Source: Dicyema japonicum (Eukaryota; Animalia; Dicyemida). Taken from it: a DNA stretch of 64,000 nt. The notes under the pieces were generated by a model. It had not been told where the DNA came from. It worked only from the letters and a program-made list of their open reading frames with translations, and did no database searches. Shown piece after piece: positions 1 through 11,600 of the stretch (its first letter is position 1; each line of letters starts with the position of its first letter). A program made the position numbers and the translations under genes. The DNA lies in contig RDEW01000020.1 of assembly GCA_011109175.1 (NCBI GenBank), forward strand, positions 910,755 to 974,754. The letters run 5' to 3'.

Positions 1-731
1 TGCTTTCGAGAGTCTTTTTCAGTACAACTGATTGGATGTAAGTCCTCGTTTCTCCTCCAATAGATAGCTTATTTATATAGTTCTTGAAGATTTCAAGACG
101 TCCCAGAAGCTTGCTGGTATCAAGGCTTCTGATGGAATTTGTGGAAATCCAGTCGTGGGTCGATTCGGTATATCAACTCGTATCTTAACATTGTATGTTG
201 ATAATATTGACAGAGTCAAATCTAACCTCAACTTTTTTGCTTTATTGATTCTCCGGAGATGAAATCTCCATATTTCACCACTTCATCGTGTCTACGAACA
301 TAAGATTCTACCGCGCCTAGTGGCCAATGATCAACGTTCTTATTATTTTTCAAAAAATCCTGTACTCGAGAAAAACAAATTTTTGTCTTTCAGGAGACAG
401 TATAACGCTCCCCCTTTGACCGTTATTTCTTTGGAGTGCAATGATTTGAAATTAATTTTACAATTAGATATTGCTTCTGGATTGTCTTGAAAGAGTCAAT
501 ACAGTTTTTTGCCTCAGTTCGATATTTAGGAGATAGAAATCATGTGAGTGACTGGAAGATGAACCTCAAAGTCGACAATTTATTTCTTTTGATTACTCGC
601 CGGAACCTCGACTTCCGGATACAAAAGGTTTATTTCTTACCCAAGTATTTAAGGAACCGAAAGAGCTCATTTAAAGGTAACCAAGATCAGTCCTATCCAA
701 AAAGTCTTCCTTTTTAAATATAACCTCTATG

Positions 732-1350
732 CGGCTGGGACTAAAAGTATGTGTACCTCACCCGTGCCGATGTGGCGTCCTGATAGACTGCTCTGGCCTG
801 CACCCTCTCGCCTGCAGGAGGAGCGCTGGCAGATCCCCAAGGCACAAGGCTCTGAACGAAATTGTCAGGCGAGCTATGGATGCTGCTGGATACTCGGCCA
901 TTCTTGAACCGGTCGGGTTATGCAGAAGTGACGGGAAACGACCGGACGGGATGACCATATTTCCATTTGAGGCCGGGAAACCACTGGTTTGGGATGTGAC
1001 ATGTACAGACACGTTCGCCCAGAAAAATCTTCACGAGAGTGCTACAAGGGCCTGTTCAGCCAAACTCGAAGAAGGCCAAACTCGTTAAATACGTCGACCT
1101 TCCCGATGATGTCAAATTTGTTCCCCTTGCTATGGAGACTTCCGGATCCTACTCCCTCTCTACACTCGAGTTTTTCGGACGTTTTGGAAACCGGATCACC
1201 TCATGCACTGGAGATCTCCGTGAACGCCGCTGGCTATTTGAGCGAATTTCGCTCGCAATTTTGAGAAGGAACAGCCACGCAGTGAGGGCGGCAACTACCT
1301 GACTTCTATTGTTTAAATTTAAAAACTATATAATTAAAAAAAATAAAAAA
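732..1350 (+). mobile_element. 5'-truncated CRE-like (RLE) non-LTR retrotransposon, 3' end
   Basis: ORFs 729-1088 and 1039-1302 (one frameshift): CRCG..H..C zinc knuckle, RH..LN, GKRPDG, WDVT, PLAMETSG, AILRRNSHAV. A-rich tail to 1350; direct repeat CCTCTATG at 724-731 and 1351-1358 (TSD). Confidence 0.85.
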
Positions 1351-2513
1351 CCTCTATGTGCAGGTTTGAGGTACAACGTCAGAGTTGCATGAATTGTCGC
1401 ATTTGTTGATCAATATAATCGAATTCAAAAGGTTCAATATTAAACCGATAATTGTAGAGAGAATTTGCGTAATCATCTGTGGAACAAATTTGCTAAATTT
1501 AGTTTTTTCTTTGAAAGTTATTCTAACATCCTTTATGATAGAGTCAATGCCCTGAGAAGCATTGATTATCTTCTAACATTCCCTAATAACGGTATCCATC
1601 GTCCCCAGTCAAGATTTTACAACAGGGAAATAAATTCTAATTGTCACTGATTTCTCAATTCCTTAGTAACATCCGTCATGTATTTCGAGATCATCAACAA
1701 AAAATAATGAGATCCTCTTGATTAGTTAAAAGCTTTGGAAACTTAGAACTAAGGGTTCTGATTTGTGGATTCACCACTAACACGAATAACTGCGCAGAAA
1801 ACGAATCACCCCGCGAGATGCAACGCCACAGGAAAAATAGTTCTGTGGACCATCACTCCAGAATGATATACATTCTTGATCTTCAAACCAATATTGCGTA
1901 ACTTTTTGGTTGTTTACAAATTTCTGAATAATCTCCTTCGATTCAGTTCATGGCATAAATTATCCTTACTCTTTCCTGGAAATATACGCTGTTGAGGAGA
2001 GCCTCTGTCGAAGGAACACTGTGAAATTATCCATAGGGTTATGATATCAAAGTAAAGGACATTCAGAGGCATAAGCAAGTTATGAGGTTAATATTCTCGC
2101 TATCTTGTCCCCACAAAGTTTATCTTTCGGTTGTGAGGATATGGGTCTCACGTGCTTGGAGAAATATACAACAACTACCACTATAACGACTTAGATTGGT
2201 TTGCTGAACCACATCAATTTTACTAGATTGTTAAAAGATCAGGTGGTAGTTCACCCATATTATGGATAAAGCGATTTAGGAGTTAACCTGTGGTCAGCAA
2301 ACAAATGTCTAAAATTGAATAAAATTGAAAATTGATCTTCTAACACTAAAATTAAATAAAATTGATCGAAAATTCGTACGCATCAATGATTTTGTTAATA
2401 AATATAAAAATATTAATTTTATTTAAAATAAATTTATAATTATGAAATAATTAAATTGTTATAATATTTATCTATGGATACCCAAAATTAATAATTATAA
2501 ATTAATATTTTCA

Positions 2514-4082
2514 ATGATATCCGATCACTACTACATTCTTTCTAATCTCGGAAAGGGAGACTTTTCTACTGTCAAGTTGGGGATTCACAAACTCACATCC
2601 TGTGAGGTAATTAATAAACTTATAACCAGGTTGCCATTAAAATTATCAAAACATCTAATCTCAGCCAATTCGGGATTCATCGCCTTTTGAGAGAAATAAA
2701 TATTTTGAAGTCAATCAATCACACCAATGTCGTCAAACTCTACCAGGTCATCAGTTTATTTATTTTAGTTGGTCGAGGATTCTGAACACGTGTATTTGGT
2801 ACAGGAGTACCTAAAGAATGGAGAATTATTTGGTTTTTATATTTATTATTCAGAACTTCTTGTTACTTACATTCGAAGGAAAAGGAGACTCACTGAGTAC
2901 TATGCGAGGGAGTTGTTCTGTCAAATTCTGTCCGGAGTGTCCTATTTGCACTCAAAGGGGATCGTCCATCGTGATTTGAAGGTTGTCGTCTGTCATAAAG
3001 CAGACTGAAAATATTTTAATTGACTGGAAGATGAACCTCAAAATAATTGATTTTGGTTTTAGTACGTTCTGCCATCCTAATGAACTATTAACTGAATATT
3101 GCGGAAGTCCTTCTTATGCAGCACCAGAGCTATTCTCAGGGACTCCATACATCGGTCCCCCAGTTGACATTTGGGTAGATTGAGTGAAACATTGTAGAGT
3201 ATTGGTGTCATTCTTTACTCCCTCGTGTGTGGATGTCTTCCCTTTGGTGGGGACACAAGTCAGATATTTCACCTAATAATGACAAGACCTATAAGAATTC
3301 CATATTTCCTATCACGAGGTTCAGTTGAACTTATTTGATAGAAATTGAGGACATTTTGATGAGGATGCTGACTGTTAACCCACAAAAACGGATTAATTTA
3401 GAACAAATAGGGTGTCACCCATGGTTTTTGTCAAACATGCACCGTCCCCAGGTGGACGTAAAATCAATGGAAGTGTCAATCATTGGATCAGTTGCCATGA
3501 AAATTATGAAGTTATGGGGTACCAGGAAGATGAGCTCTTCAGAGTTGGCTATCCTTATTATTCCAAGCAAATAAATAACATGACTTTCGGGCACATCTCA
3601 GCCACTTATTCTTTACTATGCGATAAGCTGGAAACGAATAAAGAATTCAGGGACAGGAATTAGTCATTTTCTTAGGGAGAATGGGCATAATCATATATTT
3701 TATTCTAATTCGGTATGTTTAACTGCAATTATGCGCGTGCGTCAGTGTACTACCTCAGTGCATAATAATCAATTTTTTTACGTCACAACTTATTCCCTAG
3801 TTCACACGTGTGGAGAAATTTATGGAGGAGTTAATCCGAGAGTGTTTGATGCCACCTCCCCAGAATGCTGATTTGAGAACATACACACCTCAAATTTATT
3901 TCAGAGGCCAGTCCTTCACAAATCTTGCAATCAATCAACAGACTAATATGATTCCTTTCTACTACAAACGAAGGACTTCTGATGGAGGAATGCTTAATCA
4001 GGGATTCTCCGTCAGTCAGGAGACTAACCCACTTGTAAGAGAACACGGATATTATCACATTGATGACAAATTTGAATATTAA
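2514..4082 (+). CDS. SIK: AMPK-related Ser/Thr kinase, salt-inducible kinase (SIK3-like); spliced
   Basis: ATG 2514; introns 2607-2629, 2747-2768, 2833-2853, 2982-3003, 3175-3197, 3319-3341, 3544-3567 give [35 protein letters not shown], then a UBA-like MGY..TYSLL segment. KRRTSDGG in the last exon resembles the SIK3 RRASDGG PKA site. Exon structure 3450-3800 is unresolved. Confidence 0.85.
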
Positions 4083-4101
4083 AACTTGTTTATTTAAAAT
4101 G

Positions 4102-4436
4102 CTAGTAATTCCATGGTCTCCATATTTTAGCTGTACTCTTGTTTCGTTCTGAGTTTGGGATTTGAAAGCCTTTAAGTCTAAAAGTAACAAAACTGCTGAA
4201 CTCCAAAAAACTCATAAATTTGTGGTAATCCCTAATCTGCTTCATATAAAACACAGCATCCTCTAGTAAGGCTGCCTTCTCTATCTTACCGTTTTGTCTC
4301 TTAGAATAAAACAATTTTATACTCTATTAGGATATAAATCACATAAAATATCTCTAAGTTCAATCAGACTCCGATTGACACGTGCTCGTCTTCGCCTTTC
4401 GACTATGTACTTTTCGGCCTTATTGTGTGCGTACAT
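4102..4436 (-). CDS. HES: Hairy/E(spl)-family bHLH repressor (~103 aa)
   Basis: KYIVERRRRARVNRSLIELRDIL, a 23-nt intron (4300-4322), KIEKAALLEDAVFYMK, C-terminal WRPWNY. Start codon uncertain. Confidence 0.85.
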
Positions 4437-4727
4437 TAGGTGATAATATTTGATCCTCTTAAATATTGGTAGCACGTCCGAATAAGCAATAAATTTTATT
4501 ATCTTTAATTGCAGTGTTCATTTCATGGGAAAACATTAGTCATTATCAATAAATTACTTCAAATTCATTGATTATTAAGGTTATTTACTCCAAACTTAAA
4601 TTAATCGGCAAAATAGAAGAATCTAATTTAACATTTTAATGATATATTGATTTAATCGCAGAAATACTTGAGATGCAAATGCATTGTCTAAAACTCATGA
4701 GAATTTGATAGTAATTAAAGTCTGCGC

Positions 4728-5030
4728 ATGTCAATAATCTACAAGTTGGGATGGCATTATTTCCATACTCCCACGGAAAATTACTTGTTTGGGACGCCAC
4801 ATGTGTGGACACCTTTTCTGGGCCAGATCCCTGACTGGCACACTCATCGGCAGACAAGACGAAGGTTGGAAAATCCGAAAGTACAGATCAGTCAGAGATA
4901 CTACCATTTCACTCCTATTGCTATGGAGACTTCCGAGGTCGTGGGAAGGGAGACGAACGCATTTCTCTCCAGTATCGGAAGAAGGCTTACTTCAAAGAGA
5001 TGTAAGCCCGCAAAGGACTTTGAAATTCAA
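4728..5030 (+). mobile_element. CRE-like RLE fragment
   Basis: Frameshifted WDATC and FTPIAMETS motifs, homologous to 729-1302. Confidence 0.7.
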
Positions 5031-5401
5031 CATAATTTGTGGACTTACGAAATACTAAAGGTTCACTCAAACGTCTGGAATTAATTTGAAGATAATGTTT
5101 CAAGGGTGCAACCACACGTGTCATTTTAAATTCTTGCCCATCACAAACATTTTACCACATCCTGTTTTCAAAAGTACATGCACAATACTGTATTGTGTGT
5201 TCACACTGACGGAGAGAGCATTATTTTAGAATGATCAAGTTTAAAACTAGAGGAAGTATCTACGTAATTTAATAACACCAGATATGGCGGGAAAAGGTTG
5301 AGTGTTATTAACGTCAAATTATGGTATATCCAGTTCCTATGGTCGGTATTAAATGAAAGGATTATAGGAGAAAAAATTAAAGTGACTTGTGTCCTCTTTA
5401 A

Positions 5402-6045
5402 TTAAGATTTATCAACTTTGGTTTGATTTTTTAATTTTACGAGAGGCTTTTGTGCGTTGTTCTTCCACGTGCTTCGAGAAAGTTGGTAGTTAGTCGAAAT
5501 TGACTCCAAGTATTTTGGGATATTTAGTGACGGGAAGTGCCTTCCAAGAAAATTTAACTGTCGACGGTCGGAAATGGATAGAGTAACGGTAGAGTTCAAC
5601 GGAGGTGGAGAAAGATGATTTAAAGTGAACCAGTTTTCAAAAGAGTTCAAATGGTCCAGGACCTCACTTGTTGATTCGCTGATGTCACTGTTTTTTGAGA
5701 CGATGATGAAATCATCCGCACATGATAACAGGAATATTTTTGATTTGGTAATAAGATCGCTTAGATGGGAACAAGACGAAGCCTTAGGGTACTCCGTTTG
5801 GAGGAGAAGATTGGATAGTGGGATCTGCGACAGTACGCCAGAAGAATGCAACAAGCGAATTATTGGCGGCAGAAAAGGCTGAGAAGTCTAAAGGGAGGAA
5901 TTAAGAAAGGGTCCTGGACTGGTTCACAATTGCGGTACTATTATCGAGACAACTAGAGGTATAAGGGGGAAGTCTTTTTTTCTCAGAAAACTGTTACGTC
6001 CAGTTACAGTCAGAAACTATGACAACTGTAAAACCTAGTGACTCC
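5402..6045 (-). mobile_element. Internally deleted Ingi/Vingi/Jockey-like LINE relic with 5' structured module
   Basis: RT motifs CADDFII and PKYL in ORF 5402-5854; SPGP at ~5909-5920; 5' module at 5971-6045. Confidence 0.6.
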
Positions 6046-6610
6046 TCCATTTAATCTCCGTTGCTACAATGAGATAAACTCGTAAGCAACTCTTGTGGGT
6101 AAGTGCATTCCATCTAACGATTTGTATGGAAATACGCTCTATCAACCATCCCTCTTCTCCAAGATCCAATGAAACGCAGGAAGGTAAAGGATTTGGGTTC
6201 TACAATGTCCCTGGTGATCAAATCAAACCTTTATTTCAAGACCACCGTTAAACCAAAAAACCAAACTAAATGATCCCGACAAATTTAACCCAGGCTCTCA
6301 GCTTGACTCGATGCTCCTCCCTCGATCCTACACAAGCTCGTTAAGGCTGGGTTTTCTCCTGATCACGTTGTATCAGGCCTCCTCCGTTATTCCTTCAAAT
6401 TAGGATCTCCAAGGTGTCGGCATCATGTTCTTTTTTTCCGAGACCACTTCTCTCACTCCAAAAGTCATTTTTGTGCGATTAGAATTATATTAACATAACA
6501 CGAAATTCAAATAATTCAAAATTATTATTTTTCTAAAGATATATAAAATTATGCGATATATTGATTTTTTATAGTTTATAAATCGAAACGTGGCACGTAA
6601 CAACACTTGA

Positions 6611-7339
6611 ATGGACGGGTCTCACACCAATCTGGATTTGACCGTTGAAAAAAGGCTAATTTCTGAATGTTCAAATTCCAGCGAGGCTTATTCTCAAGAT
6701 ATGTCGGAAGAAACTATTTCACAGAATGCCGAACACATCACATGTGATGAGTCCGTCCATAAGTCACTCTATAATTCAAACTACTCAAGTGTTTATATTA
6801 ATGAGGGAGATCAAAGCTGTATCCTATCCGAATCACAGTTACATCCCACAACTATTAATCATCTCAACAAAGTATTCAACAAACCTTTGTATTCCACAAT
6901 TCCAATCCCTTTCACGAGAAAATCAGAGAAAAATGAAGGTATAAAATGTATTATGGCTCCCTCGTTCCAGAAATCAGTTAAATACTCAGTCAAAAGCTAT
7001 AATTTTGAGGAAGGCAGAGACGTCTTGGATTATCAAACTTTAACCCAATCATCTATCCAGAATGGAGTTAATTCAAAGCCATTACTGTCAGAGAATATAT
7101 TGAATGATCAAAAGCAGAAGAGGGTATCCCTGAAGTTACTTTACACACTGGCCTGTTTTACCTTTCTGGTTAATCCCATTTTTGGTTGTTATTCGTTGGT
7201 CTATGCTAATCGATGTTCTGAAGTAGATGATTACTATTATGCGAACAAATCGTCAAAAATATCATATTATATTTCAATTACTGGAATTTTGATTAGTGTT
7301 TGTGCTGGAATCCCCCTTGCTCTTTATTTTCTTAAATGA
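6611..7339 (+). CDS. CD225/dispanin family membrane protein (PRRT/TMEM91/SynDIG-like), single exon
   Basis: 242-aa ORF: low-complexity N-terminus, then hydrophobic LACFTFLVNPIFGCYSLVYA, loop DYYYANKSSK and a C-terminal TM helix, the CD225 layout. Confidence 0.7.
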   Translation: MDGSHTNLDLTVEKRLISECSNSSEAYSQDMSEETISQNAEHITCDESVHKSLYNSNYSSVYINEGDQSCILSESQLHPTTINHLNKVFNKPLYSTIPIPFTRKSEKNEGIKCIMAPSFQKSVKYSVKSYNFEEGRDVLDYQTLTQSSIQNGVNSKPLLSENILNDQKQKRVSLKLLYTLACFTFLVNPIFGCYSLVYANRCSEVDDYYYANKSSKISYYISITGILISVCAGIPLALYFLK

Positions 7340-8663
7340 CATTAAAGATTTGTTTTAAAAATTACATTTTTGTTATTAAATGTTATGTTTTGAGTAAGAG
7401 TTTCAGACTTATCACGTGCTATTTAAATGTGTTAGTGTTGTCCCGACGGTAGGACGTGTGATGAAAATGAAAGCGGGTGGACCTACTTCACCTCTCTTCA
7501 GAAGCGAAAGCCTGTAATGGACTATTGGAGGATGGGAGTAATCAGCACAAGCAGACTTTATCCGTTTGGTTCCTTTCTTGGATTAATTATTTGTGATTGT
7601 TTGTGCTGGGCTTACATAATAAGAGCAGTTCCATTCACAACCAGCTATCAACATCAGAAACTAAGTCTTCAAGAACTAAAGTCTCTTGAATGGCATCCTA
7701 TCTGAAATTGTATATTTGTTATTTCTCCCTCGAACCAACTTCTTGTATTGATTTTATTTTCCACTGAGGAGGCCGAGCGCTATTGCATGATCACTTTTAC
7801 GACGCCTCTTGGAAACAGTACCTTTCAGATTTGGTGACTTTGAGATCCTCTTGATTTTTCTATGCCTGCACGCCTTTCGTCTCTTGTGGTCTCGGATTCT
7901 ATTCTCAGGAAAGATTCTACACTCCTTCCGAGAATTTTTCTTCTGGCCAAGAAATTTACCACTGGAGATCAGAATCGTTCTTATTCGTACTTCCTCTATC
8001 TCCAAACATGCGACGGAGTCTGGACGGCGTTGTTTGAAAAAATAAATTTGAAAAGAAGCCCTTCAACCAACATCGCTATGCTTGCCTGTTGTTTGGAGAC
8101 TCTTCTGAAAGTAAGACCTGACTCAACGCCATTCCAAGCGGAGTTCTGTCGTCACCTATTCTGCTATATTCCAGAAGCGGGAATAGCGACGCAGTTGAGG
8201 TTTCGGTCATCTAACTCTAATTTTTGGTTTTAAAAAAGATCAAGTCATTCAACCAATCAATTAACATCAAAGTCATTCAACCAACATAATTAAGATAGGT
8301 TTTAACATTCTTTTAATTCAAAATTATTCTTTTTAATTCAAAATTTATTACTGACAAAATAAAGTGAACAAATGGTCATGCGATTACTCCGCTACCTGGG
8401 TGTGTTATTATAGAAATAGAGATTGATCAAGAAGGGTCATTTCTTGAGGATTTTAAACAAGAAAAAAAGAGCGCTACAGGCACTCCTTAGTACGCGAAAA
8501 TTATGTTTCGGGACAGATACGTTATTTCGACCTATTCTAACTTGTGACCAACCCTAATGGACCATAACCTGCTCTTTATATAAGATCACTTTTACATTAT
8601 TCTGGACACACGCATGGGAAATTGCCTAAAATCTATTACTGACAAAAGCACAAAAACAATGAA

Positions 8664-11600
8664 TTAATGATCAAAAACAGCGACATTAGTACAATCCTTT
8701 GTTTTATATACTCCAACAAGTCTATCACTCAACTCAAACATGTGTGATCTGAGTGATATAATAATAAATTGAGCATCACATGTCCATTTCTATAATAACC
8801 AAAATACAATAACCTTAACATAATGTGCTATAATAGACACATTTCTGTAATCCAATGCTGCATCAATCTCGTCCATTACATACAATGGGGATGGCTTATA
8901 ATGATGGAGGGCAAAAACTAGTGCTAAACTACTCATAGTCTTCTCTCCACCACTCAGATTCGATATATTCTTCCATGTCTTCCGAGGAGGTCGCACACTT
9001 AATATAACCAATGATCACCTAAATACAACTCCCTCTGAGAAGGGATTCATAGAGTCCACTAATTCTAGTTCAGCATCACCTCCTAGAGTTATCATTTGGT
9101 ACATCTCCTTCAATTTTAGTGAAATAGCATCAAATCCAGCCATAAATTCGCTCAAACGTTTCTTCTTTGTTTCCTCCATGTAATTTTGTTGATTACTCCT
9201 CACTGCAGTTAACCTCTCCAGAACATCCACTCTCCGCAAGTATAACTCTTTCTACGATATCCCCCAAAATTAACCTTTTCCTTATAATCACGAATAGCTG
9301 CCATGTTCGGGTTCATCACATTCAGCTCTTTTTCTAAATTCTTAATAGAGTTCTCAGTGTCAATTATATTCAGTGAAGTGAGTTCCTCGACAGTGATGAC
9401 TGGCAGCATCTCCACAACCTCATCAACTTCCTTCATGGAAAGTTTAAGGATCAAAATAACCATAGAAAACAACCTCAGAATCCCAATGCTCTATTTTAGA
9501 GTACAATCCTTAATATTTTCATAAATTGTGTCATATTTTCCCTTCAATGATATTTTCTCTCGTTTTAGATCACCCTCTTGTGTGGCCATAGAGTCCAACT
9601 CCTCCTGTAACTCTTTCAGTCTGTTACCAAAACCAACAGCTTTTTCCTATCAATTAATGTCAATCTAACTGTTGACTCTTTGCTGGCTTTAATCAATTCT
9701 GAGGCCCTTTGATCAATCTCTGTCATTTCCTTTGAGAGTTTCTCCAGTTTGTCCTCCAAATGAGTCCTATCCTTTTTCAAAGACTCTAAACTCTCAATAT
9801 TCTTCTTTATACGCCTAACATTAACACAATCTAAACATTTCACATTTTCTTTCATCCAATGATAGCTTATCCAACTCGGATTTAACAGCAGACAGTCGAC
9901 TGGTGCTCTCATCAACAGCCTTTTGTGCCAATGTAAATCGAGTCCCACGAATGGAAGCAAGTTTAGAATACAAACTCTCAACATGTGCTTTCTGTTCCTC
10001 ACTGACCTTTATCTTTCTCTCCATTTCTGTTAATAATACAACAACAAACCAACAAGACATCCCTCTAATCTGCTTTTATATTCCGCCAATGCCTTTTTAT
10101 CAACCACAACAGAGGCAGCCTTCTTCTTCCAATTTATAATCTTATTCTTAGACAAACTTATGTTATCCTCACATCCCTTCACTCCACATCAAAAATTACC
10201 TTTATTTCCATCTTTAATCTCTCCAAAATATGTTCAATGCTACTCTTATCACTCCCAAGCTTCTCTATATCAAGGTTTACTTCCCTTAATTGTGAGTCCA
10301 ACTCTGTTATTTTATCAACCATCTAATTACAAGACTATGACTACCTCCTGAAGCTTCTGTTCTGATATAAGTAAGGTACTTGAATTAACTCCCTTATTAT
10401 AGTCAGCAGAAGACAACCCCATCTTATTGCTCACTCGTTTTGTCCCTCCCCCACTCAGAGTCCCTAAACTATGTTATTAACAGTATACCAGAAGTCTCTA
10501 TCAATTTTCCATCCAAAGTAACCACTCGATACCTAACTGACCCAAACGCTAAGGCAGTGGCCTTGTCAATGTCATCAGCCACCAAAGTATTCCCAATAGC
10601 AAAGAAGAAGGCAACACTATATTTATCATCAGTTGGTCTTATCAGATCATACAACCGTTTGGCCCCTTTCGGTCTTAGATAATTACACCAAATTACATGT
10701 CAACTTTCTTTAGACTTTCTGATTTCATTTTGTTAATAATATTCAACACAATGAACGTATATGAACCCAAATTACGACTTTTTAGGAACTGAATGGCTTT
10801 CTCTGCAGTCTCATAGTCCTCCACCACAATATTGTCTAGTCTAGAACAAGCAGTTGATATGGCCACGTCATACTTAGCATCAATAAGACCCAAATCCCCC
10901 TATTAATTAATAAGAAAGTGTCCACCAATCTTCCAACAATTCCTGGTAGTCTTCCCTGTCTTTTCTCCTCCATAAATGTCTTCATAATACTTCTACTCTT
11001 ATTTGCCGAAGAATAAGACTTCATTTCCTCTATTTTATTTCTATCTTGTCCAATCTCACAATAACCCCCTTATTAACCTTAACATTCATCGCTCCAATCT
11101 TATTCTTCAACTCCTTCTGTACTGTATTTTTATTTATTACTTCCTGGGAGATCTCTGACAGTTTTTCAAAATGTTCAGTATATGCCCTGTAATATTACAC
11201 AGACTCCCACTCTGTCTTAGCCTTTAGCGTCTCTTGTAACTCACCCAATTGTCTCTCTATAGCATTGGCTTTAACGTCCGCTGATTCTGTCTCACTCTTG
11301 AACATATTAAACTCAGACTCTGCTATTTCATACTATAATAAATAAAATCCTCAACATTATGTTTGGTTGAATCAGCCTCTGTCTGTAATTCTGTCAATAT
11401 CTTTTCATGTTTCTGAATTTCCAGTTGAACAGGCTTTAATAAAATTGAACTCCACCTTTGTGGCTGATTTCAGCTCATCAATGACAATTTGCAGATTCTC
11501 GTTGTTTTTTGCATGTTCAGTCTTCAGTTTTTCCAAATACTCAGACAATTCTTTTTGTTTCTCAACATGAGTGGTAGACCGTCGAGTACACTGCTCACTC

